64,000 bases of DNA from Candidatus Aphodosoma sp. Lineage in GTDB: Bacteria; Bacteroidota; Bacteroidia; Bacteroidales; Paludibacteraceae. The notes under the pieces are model-generated. The model was not told where the DNA came from, ran no database searches, and saw nothing but the letters and a program-made list of their open reading frames with translations. Location of the stretch: positions 2,675 through 66,674 of the forward strand of contig JAZQUV010000046.1 in NCBI GenBank assembly GCA_045631465.1. The letters run 5' to 3'. The translations under genes were made by a program, and so were the position numbers. Positions within the stretch are counted from its first letter, which is position 1, and every line of letters begins with the position of its first letter. Of this stretch, positions 28,174-35,700 are shown one piece after another.

Positions 28174-28212
28174 ATGTTTTATAACTATGTTTTATAACTA
28201 TGTTTTAGAGCA
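28174..28212. repeat. 13-bp AT-rich tandem repeat, 3 units
   Basis: ATGTTTTATAACT ATGTTTTATAACT ATGTTTTAGAGCA, directly next to the crp-like start codon. Confidence 0.85.
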
Positions 28213-28220
28213 CAAAATTA
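28213..28220 (-). promoter_or_regulatory. candidate -7 box (TAATTTTG)
   Basis: TAnnTTTG on the - strand 46 nt upstream of the crp-like ATG. The 13-bp repeats would lie in the leader. Confidence 0.35.
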
Positions 28221-28387
28221 CTACATTTTCTTGATATACACAAACTTTAGGCGAGATTTTTTTGCTTTTTTTATTTAAGTTTAGAGATTTAATTTGAAAA
28301 AAAATCAAAAAACATGGCCTTTATTGGAAATAAGAAATTGAAATGCTCAAGAAGAGAGAGAGATGAGAATAGGCGAAGATTGAGTTA

Positions 28388-28453
28388 TAGTATGTTTATA
28401 GTATATTTATCCTATATTTATAGTATATTTATCATATATTTATAGTATATTGA
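28388..28453 (+). repeat. 11-bp tandem array (TAGTATRTTTA), 6 units
   Basis: TAGTATGTTTA TAGTATATTTA TCCTATATTTA TAGTATATTTA TCATATATTTA TAGTATATTGA. A near-identical array lies on the opposite strand at 53267-53342. Confidence 0.9.
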
Positions 28454-28535
28454 AGGTAGGGAGTGACTACGAAGTACTTTATGTTAACATTAGTTAAATT
28501 TAGTATTTTGTATTGCAAAGTACAAAGTTTTGTTG

Positions 28536-28543
28536 TAACTTTG
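28536..28543 (+). promoter_or_regulatory. candidate -7 box (TAACTTTG)
   Basis: TAnnTTTG 130 nt upstream of the padR ATG. The heptamer array would be in the 5' leader. Confidence 0.4.
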
Positions 28544-28556
28544 CAAAAAAAAATAA

Positions 28557-28623
28557 GAGAATGGGGAATGGGGAATGGAGAATGAGGAATGAGGAATGAG
28601 GGATGGGGAATGGGGAATGGAAT
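28557..28623 (+). repeat. heptamer tandem array (GRGGAAT), about 9.5 units
   Basis: GAGAATG GGGAATG GGGAATG GAGAATG AGGAATG AGGAATG AGGGATG GGGAATG GGGAATG GAAT. Confidence 0.9.
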
Positions 28624-28673
28624 ATACTTTTCAAATATATATTTTTAATCATAAATTCTAAATTGTACATAAT

Positions 28674-29048
28674 ATGACTGGAGATAATAACATTAAAGCA
28701 CAGATGCGTAAGGGTATTTTGGAATACTTGGTTATGCTTTGCTTGAAGGACCATCCTGCATATTCGTCGGATTTGATTAATATGCTAAAAGAGGGTGAGT
28801 TTATTGTGGTGGAAGGTGCACTCTACCCTCTACTAATGAGATTAAAACTGAATGAGTTGGTGAACTATGTTTGGGTGGAGTCGACATTGGGTCCGCCACG
28901 AAAATATTATAGTCTCACAGAAAAAGGTTTGGAGTTTTTGAACGAACTAGAAGAGGCTTATAGTGAAATAGAAAAGGCTGTGAAATATGTAAAAAACACA
29001 CCTATGAAAGAATGTACGTTGGACAATGATAAAATTATTACAAAATGA
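28674..29048 (+). CDS. PadR family transcriptional regulator
   Basis: 124-aa ORF. GILEYLVMLCL...AYSSDLI...EGALYPLLMRL and PPRKYYSLTEKG are typical of the PadR winged helix. Confidence 0.88.
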   Translation: MTGDNNIKAQMRKGILEYLVMLCLKDHPAYSSDLINMLKEGEFIVVEGALYPLLMRLKLNELVNYVWVESTLGPPRKYYSLTEKGLEFLNELEEAYSEIEKAVKYVKNTPMKECTLDNDKIITK

Positions 29049-30628
29049 AAAAGACATTGACTATCAACTTATCGGGCGTTGTGTTTAATATAGACGAAGA
29101 CGCTTATGATACACTAAAAGGGTATCTTGTGAAATTGGAGACTAAGTTTAAGACAGAAGAGGTAAAAGAAGTGATGAATGATATTGAGGCTCGCTTGGCA
29201 GAATTGTTTGGAGAGGGATTGCAACGTGAGCACAAAAATGTAGTCACAATTGAGCATGTAGAAGGTGCAATAGAACAACTTGGTACGGCAGAAGAGATTG
29301 GTGATGATGCTAACGATATGTCAGGAGAAGAGTCATCGGAAAATAAACGTAAACAACATCGTAAGTTCTACCGCGATAGCGAGAATAAGGTGTTGGGTGG
29401 AGTTGCAGCAGGTTTGGCGGCTTATTTAGGTTTTGACGTGACAATTGTTCGTTTAGTATTTGTATTGTTGGCAATCACTATTTTAGGATGGTTGATTCCT
29501 ATCTATTTATTGGTATGGTTGATTGCTCCAGAGGCTAAGACTACAGCGCAAAAACTTGAGATGCAAGGCATTGAACCTTCGATTGAAAATATTAAGGAGT
29601 ATTTGAATAGCGAAAGATTCAAAGAATCGGCAGGTAGAATTGGTTCGAGATTGGGTGATGTGGTGATGTGGTTGTTCAGAATTGCTGCGATTGTAGTAGG
29701 TTTGTTTTTTATTGTGATTGGAGCGTTTGTGATTGGAGCATTAATAATTGCTCTTGTGGGAATTGTGGTAGGCGGCGGTAGTGCGTTGGGTGCAGTATTG
29801 GGAAGTTTTATGCCTATGAGTCAAGGCAATAGTATGTTGATAGTGTTTATAACTTCGACGTTGGTGGCATGCTTGATTCCGATAGTTTCGATAATTATTG
29901 CAACAGCGAGATTGATTCGCAGAGATAACACTCCTCGCAAGAAAGGCTGGGGTTGGTTTTGGTTTGCTATATGGATTGTGGCTGTAATAATGTCGATAAA
30001 CGCATTGGCGTTGAATGTGCCTAACGTGGTGAATGCGTTGAGAAATTGGGAGGAAAATGACTTTGTGCTTTTGTTGGACGATGATATTGTTACGGAGGAG
30101 AGACTGAGAGGTGTAATGTTTAATGAGATTGACATTGACGAGGCAATGAATGTGCATCTTGTGACTGATACTTGCAACTACATAGAAGTTAAAGGATTAG
30201 CTACAAATATGCGCAATACGAAAGTTGCTATTGAAGAGGGAAAATTGAAAATAGGCAGTGAGATGCCTATTGAACCACTCAATAAAAAACAAACAATTGT
30301 GGTGCACTATTGCTCGGAACTGTACAAAATAGAGGTGGGAAATGCAAGTGTATTGTCAAACTATGACAATATACTGACAACAAGCAATTTAGAACTAGAC
30401 ATTGCATCAGCTGCAGTGGTGAGCATAGGAGTAAAATGCTCTAAATTAGACATAGATGCATCATCGGCTGCAGTGGTGAATGTGTGGGGAGAATGTGAGA
30501 TGCTAGAAGCAAAATTAGCCTCGGCTGCAGTGGTGAATATGAAAGACTTAAAAGCCAATAGTGCGGTAATTGATGCTTCGCCGGCTGCGGTGGTTGATGC
30601 TCCAAGGTGCGAAAACATAAAAGATTAG
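29045..30628 (+). CDS. PspC domain membrane protein with C-terminal beta-repeat region
   Basis: 527-aa ORF whose ATG overlaps the padR stop (ATGA). PspC motif NKVLGGVAAGLAAYLGFDVTIVRLVFVL, several TM segments, and a C-terminal repeat of S-A-A-V-V every ~20 aa. Confidence 0.85.
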   Translation: MKKTLTINLSGVVFNIDEDAYDTLKGYLVKLETKFKTEEVKEVMNDIEARLAELFGEGLQREHKNVVTIEHVEGAIEQLGTAEEIGDDANDMSGEESSENKRKQHRKFYRDSENKVLGGVAAGLAAYLGFDVTIVRLVFVLLAITILGWLIPIYLLVWLIAPEAKTTAQKLEMQGIEPSIENIKEYLNSERFKESAGRIGSRLGDVVMWLFRIAAIVVGLFFIVIGAFVIGALIIALVGIVVGGGSALGAVLGSFMPMSQGNSMLIVFITSTLVACLIPIVSIIIATARLIRRDNTPRKKGWGWFWFAIWIVAVIMSINALALNVPNVVNALRNWEENDFVLLLDDDIVTEERLRGVMFNEIDIDEAMNVHLVTDTCNYIEVKGLATNMRNTKVAIEEGKLKIGSEMPIEPLNKKQTIVVHYCSELYKIEVGNASVLSNYDNILTTSNLELDIASAAVVSIGVKCSKLDIDASSAAVVNVWGECEMLEAKLASAAVVNMKDLKANSAVIDASPAAVVDAPRCENIKD

Positions 30629-30701
30629 AAGATTAAGGATTAAGGATTGAAAAATATTGAAAATTATAGTGGAAATATTTGTATAAATGAAATATTTCCA
30701 C

Positions 30702-30709
30702 TATTTTTG
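30702..30709 (+). promoter_or_regulatory. candidate -7 box (TATTTTTG)
   Basis: TAnnTTTG 34 nt upstream of the ATG at 30743. Confidence 0.5.
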
Positions 30710-30742
30710 CATCAGAATTATAATCTAAAACATTATTTAGGT

Positions 30743-32098
30743 ATGAAAATCAAAACAATCTTAGGTATTACCCTACTTTTGGCAGTTGCAATAGTATTGG
30801 GGTATAAATTTGCCAACACAGCACCTGACAAATCGTTAGATGCTAATGCACAAGCACATAAAGTATTGGAATTGGGACAATGTATGGCTTGCCATGCTCA
30901 CGCACCAGAATTGCCATTCTATGCAAAATTTCCTGTTATTGGACCAGTTGTAAAAGACGATGCAGCAAGGGCCATACGTGAATTTGACGCAGAAGCGGTA
31001 ATAAAAGCAATTGAAAACGGAGAAAAGATTGATGAAGTTACCCTTAACAAATTGGAATACTCATTTGTTAACGGCACTATGCCTTTGGCTAAATATTATT
31101 TAGTGCATTGGGGCTCTGAAGTGAATGATGTAGAAAAAGATATGATGCTAAATTGGATTGAATCATATCGAACAGAACATCATTATAATGGATTGGCAAC
31201 TGCAGAATATGCAAATGAACCGGTGCAAGTGATACCAGATGCATTGCCAGTTGACCTTGCAAAAGTAGAATTAGGACGTATGTTGTATAACGACGTTCGA
31301 CTCTCGGTGGATAATACTATCTCTTGTGCATCGTGCCACGATTTGAGCAAAGGGGGAACAGACAATAAACCATTCTCGGAAGGTGTGGATGGACAATTTG
31401 GAGGTATTAATGCACCTACGGTATTTAATGCAGTATTCAACTTTGTACAATTCTGGGATGGACGCGCTGCCGACTTGGCTGCTCAAGCAGCTGGACCTCC
31501 GACTAACCCAGTAGAAATGGGACATAAAAGTTGGAGAGATATTGAGGCAATATTGTCGGCTGACAACGAATTTGCAAAAGCATTCACTGAAGTGTATCCT
31601 TCGGGGGTAACAGAAGAGAATATTTGTAATGCTATAGCAGAATTTGAAAAAACATTAATCACACCAAATTCGGCATTTGACCTATACCTCAAAGGTAATG
31701 CGGAAGCTATGACAGCAGAGCAGATAGCTGGCTATGAACTATTTAAAGAAAATAGTTGTGCTACTTGCCATGCAGGTGTAAACTTTGGCGGTTTGACATA
31801 CGAATATATGGGTACACGCGCTGAATATTTTGCAGATCGAGGTACAGAACTTACAGTAGAAGATTATGGCCGAGGCAAACAAGAGGAGTGCGCATTCTTT
31901 GATCATAGATTCAAGACTCCTGGTTTGCGTAATGTAGCCCTTACGGCTCCATACTTCCATGATGCAACACAAGCTACTCTACTTGATGCAGTGAACGCAA
32001 TGGTGAAATATCAAACTAGCGAAACTATTAGTGAAAAAGAAGCTGAACAAATAGTTGATTTCTTGAATGCATTGACAGGAGAAATACCAGTGAAATAA
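30743..32098 (+). CDS. tri-haem cytochrome c peroxidase (CCP/MauG family, YhjA-like)
   Basis: The ORF-track start at 30647 is a TTG. The ATG at 30743 gives MKIKTILGITLLLAVA (signal/anchor). Three CxxCH motifs (CMACH, CASCH, CATCH) and CCP-like core motifs (FWDGRA, PYFHD). Confidence 0.87.
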   Translation: MKIKTILGITLLLAVAIVLGYKFANTAPDKSLDANAQAHKVLELGQCMACHAHAPELPFYAKFPVIGPVVKDDAARAIREFDAEAVIKAIENGEKIDEVTLNKLEYSFVNGTMPLAKYYLVHWGSEVNDVEKDMMLNWIESYRTEHHYNGLATAEYANEPVQVIPDALPVDLAKVELGRMLYNDVRLSVDNTISCASCHDLSKGGTDNKPFSEGVDGQFGGINAPTVFNAVFNFVQFWDGRAADLAAQAAGPPTNPVEMGHKSWRDIEAILSADNEFAKAFTEVYPSGVTEENICNAIAEFEKTLITPNSAFDLYLKGNAEAMTAEQIAGYELFKENSCATCHAGVNFGGLTYEYMGTRAEYFADRGTELTVEDYGRGKQEECAFFDHRFKTPGLRNVALTAPYFHDATQATLLDAVNAMVKYQTSETISEKEAEQIVDFLNALTGEIPVK

Positions 32099-32122
32099 TT
32101 GATAATTGACAATTGATAATTG

Positions 32123-32159
32123 CTCGACTACTGAATATCAGTGGTCGAGTTTTTTTTTT
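32123..32159 (+). terminator. intrinsic terminator of the peroxidase gene
   Basis: CTCGACTACTGA-ATA-TCAGTGGTCGAG followed by T10. Confidence 0.75.
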
Positions 32160-32472
32160 GAGCCATTACTAATATTTTTTATTTACATACGCTAAGATTA
32201 TAAACAACTAAGATAGCATTGTAGTTAGACTAGAATAGATGGTAGATTCTATTTTGATATTGACAAAGCAAATTAACATAATGGTATAAATTATAGGGAT
32301 TACAGTAAGGAGATTGTAGGATTGACTGTAGGAATAACTATAGTCTAACGGAAATATAATTTATTATAGAGATGAACAAATATATTTTTGAAATTTATAT
32401 AAAAAAAACTATCTATAAATGGATATACTTATAGTAACATTCTCTCAGTAGAGCATTGATATATATAAAAGA

Positions 32473-32720
32473 AAGACGATGTGTCATAATACCCAAATTG
32501 CTGCGTTGTTCTCAATATTAAGCTTCAGTCATGTACTTCAGTACACTCCTTTCAGCTTAAATTTCAACGCCTTGCACTTTAGGCATTCTTTAGATTCTTG
32601 CTTCGTTCATCAAAATAAGTAAAACTTCTTTTGCTTTCGCTTATCGCAAGAATTCTTACACATCTAAAAGAGGCTGAGCCAAAACTAGTGTTTTGACACA
32701 GCCTCTTGAATTATTTATAA
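32473..32720. repeat. ~240-bp multi-helix element, copy 1 (candidate structured RNA), including terminal hairpin 32669-32706
   Basis: Aligns end to end with 44274-44520 at about 94-95 percent identity by hand. Nested complementary segments and two compensatory changes between copies. Lies 25 nt beyond the stop of the 1858-aa gene. Confidence 0.85.
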
Positions 32721-32730
32721 CCTTAAAAGA

Positions 32731-35700
32731 TTATTTTACAGAAACTTTAACAGTGTTGCCGTTAACGCGAACGAGAACAACATCAGAGTTAAGAGCGTTG
32801 ATAGCAGTAACATTAGCAGCAGCTTCGGCAGCAAAGATACATTGACCTTGAACTGTGAATACTTCAACCATGTTGCCTTCTGCAGTTTCAACATAGATCA
32901 TACCGTTGTTAGCATAAACAAGAGCAGCAAGTTCTACATTTTCAACGCCAACCTCAGGGTTAAGAGTATAGATAGCAGTTACTACTTCTGATTCTACATA
33001 ACCACCATTGTAGTCGAATGCATTAGTCAAGCGAGCATAAGCTGTAACAGTTGCAGTTTCGCTCAATTCGAATGGAGCAGTATAAAGAACTTCACCGTCG
33101 AGAACGAATGGTGCAATATCACCATTATTATCTTCGCTACCTTCTTCGCCACCTTCTTCATTGTTTGCATAAGCAATAGTATAAAGAATTTCAGTGTTTT
33201 CAGTAGCACAAGAGAGAGCAACAGAAATAACATTAGCAAATTCGCAAGCATCTGGAGTGAATACTGGAGCAGCTGGAGCAGCTGGAGCTACATAAGCCTC
33301 GTGAGAGATGTAGTTGAGTTGGCGAGTGCCTTTGTAATCACTTACAGTAGCGATAACAGATACTTTAACTTTAGCATCGCAAGTAGCTTCGAGTTTGAAG
33401 TTGTTGTAAACATCAATAGTTGCACTATCAGGATTCATAACTTTAGCATTGCGATTATTGCTTGTAAATGCAAGAGCTTCAGTAAACTCTACATTGTGGA
33501 GAACAACATATTCGCTGATTTGAGCGCTAGTCTTAACTTCTTTGATAGTAACAAGACGAGGAGCAACAGCTTCGCCAGCAACAGCTTCAGGAAGAACAGC
33601 GTCAACCATTTCTGGGATGTTGCCATACAATTCGTAAGTACCTTTAACGCCAGTCAAACGATCGCCATTTTTGAGTTCAGTTTCTTTATAGTCATAGTCG
33701 AAAATCAACAATGAACCTGTTTCGTCTTGAACATAGATATTAGCACCATTTTTGTAAGTTACAGTAACTTCGCCAGCGATAGTAACTTCTGCAGTTGGGT
33801 GTGCGAGATCGAGGAATTCAGCGATATTTTTAACCACAGCATTGTCGATCAAGATATCTTTAGCATCAACAACAGAGAAAGAAGGAAGGTCTTCTACTGC
33901 ATAACCGATGTCGAAGTTACCTTTAACAGTTACTTCTTGGTTTGCAAACATAGCAAAGTTGACAGCGCCAACAAGACGAATTTGTTTTTCGCCAACTTTG
34001 AGGTAATTTTGATAAGATACATCAACTTGACCATCCCATTCTGAGACGATAGTATCTACAATAACAGTACCTGTCACTTGATAGTTTTTAGCTTGATATT
34101 CAACAGAACCTGGGCCAAAGAAACCATCGATATTATCGATTTCTGTATAGTTAAGAGCATTACCAGAGTTGATTTTCTTGATAAGAGTACCAAGTTGAAC
34201 TTCAACGATAGAAGGCAAAGTCATAGTACCATCATCCATTTTGATAGAATCGACATTTGTTGGATAATCGATATCACCAATATGATAGTCGTAACGATAA
34301 GCTTGGAGAGCACGACCTTCGGCATAACCTTCTTTACCATATGTGCTAGTAAGGTCGCGGTAAGGATAATAACCACCTTTACAGAAGTAGATAGAGTCAC
34401 CAGCTGCAAATGTTTCAGAAGTTTCCATAGCCCAAACAGTAAGACCAGTGATTGTACCATCGGCGTTAGTTTGTTGTACATTAAGAGCAGTACCACCTTC
34501 AGAAGAGAATGCACGGTTTACAAGAACAGGAGAAGTGAAACCAGAGATAGAATATTGTTCAGAAGTTTCTTGACCCCAGCGAGCCATATAGTCTTTAAGT
34601 TCGTGGAACATAAGAACGCGGCTTGAACCAGTGTGATATAAATCGTAAGCAGTAACAGTGAATGCATTAGCTTGGTCTGCGTTTACGTGATAGATGAGAC
34701 CAGTAAGTTTAGCATCAGCAGGGACAACTTCGCCTACAACATCGATTTTCACTGAATCAGTAGTCATCATGTAATAAACACCTTCAGCAATGCGATAAGT
34801 TTTAGCAACAGCGATATCAACGATTTCGCCTTCGAAGTTAGCTGCGAAATTAACAAGAGAGTCGATAGTCACTGTTTCTTTAGAAAGACGACCACGACCT
34901 TTATCTTCGAGGGATGTAGGGACGATACGAGCCATACAATCTGCTGTAGATGGATAATATGTACCTTCAATGTTAGAAATTTTTCTATCAAGAGCCAATG
35001 TATCAACACCATCGAGGAGGATAGCACCTGTACCATCTTGGATAATAATACCTCTTTCTGTGAGATAAGTTGTTGTAGCATCACCAGTGAATTTAACGAG
35101 TTTAGATTCAGTGTTATTGCGGATGCTGATGATAGTAGCACCTTCTTCAGTAGAAACTGCGTTTTCGATAGCTTCTTGGCTGATTGGCATGAAACCATAT
35201 TGAGAAGTCATCCAAGATTTATCAGCAATAGCAGTGATATTGTTAACTGGATAGAATGTAAAGAGACCGAGATTATCTTCGAAGTTAGAACGAGTATAAG
35301 TAATTTTATAATCTCCTTGGATAAAGTCGCGGTCTTTACGAGTTACAGAATAAACAGTAGTATCACGTTCAACAAATTCAACACCTTCGAAACGAACAAG
35401 CATACCGTTGTAAGTACCAGCAGTTTGAGCTTCGAGATATTCTTGAATAGTGATTACTTTAGGAATGAGAGGGTTGTTAGAGTTTTTAACTGTGTAAGTA
35501 TTTTCTGTACCTGTAATACCGAAACCAGTATATTGGTTATAAATACCTTTAAGACCAACGATAGAGTCACCTACCGCAAGAGAGCAAACGCGAGTTGCTG
35601 CAGTGTCGAGTTGAACACGCATTGCACCAGTAGCATCTTGAACATAGAGGAAGTTTTGTGGAATATCTTCCATTGTGTTCCAATCTGTTTGAACTGCTTG

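Noticed and set aside
28234-28242. DnaA boxes marking an oriC in the crp/padR spacer
   Set aside because: There is only one 8-of-9 match (ATATACACA) here and one 7-of-9 match at 23579-23587. I found no perfect TTATCCACA anywhere in the intergenic DNA, and there is no cluster. The idea is kept only as a caveat in the composition-switch finding.
28388-28623. CRISPR array
   Set aside because: The units are 11 bp and 7 bp, directly tandem with no spacers, and there are no cas genes in the window.
28557-28623. G-quadruplex in the heptamer array
   Set aside because: The G-runs are split into two groups about 27 nt apart, and only three adjacent runs of three or more G occur together. A canonical short-loop G4 cannot be written, so this is noted only as a remote possibility.
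28500-28754. 84-aa - strand ORF (…[25 protein letters not shown]…)
   Set aside because: It is simply the translation of the heptamer array and the promoter region, and it overlaps the padR start on the opposite strand.
32160-32470. 310-bp AT-rich gap with short inverted words (TTAGACTA at about 32225 and 32343; TAGAAT...ATTCTA) as a possible RNA gene or invertible promoter
   Set aside because: The inverted words are only 6-8 bp. There is no second copy and no tRNA-like or riboswitch-like pattern that I can recognise. One TATTTTTG box (32383-32390) is noted under the element findings.
32479-32622. 47-codon ORF (MCHNTQIAALFSILSFSHVLQYTPFSLNFNALHFRHSLDSCFVHQNK) inside copy 1 of the multi-helix element
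   Set aside because: In copy 2 the same frame is stopped at codon 21 (CAG to TAG). Nearly all other differences between the copies are non-synonymous, so there is no sign of purifying selection on a peptide.
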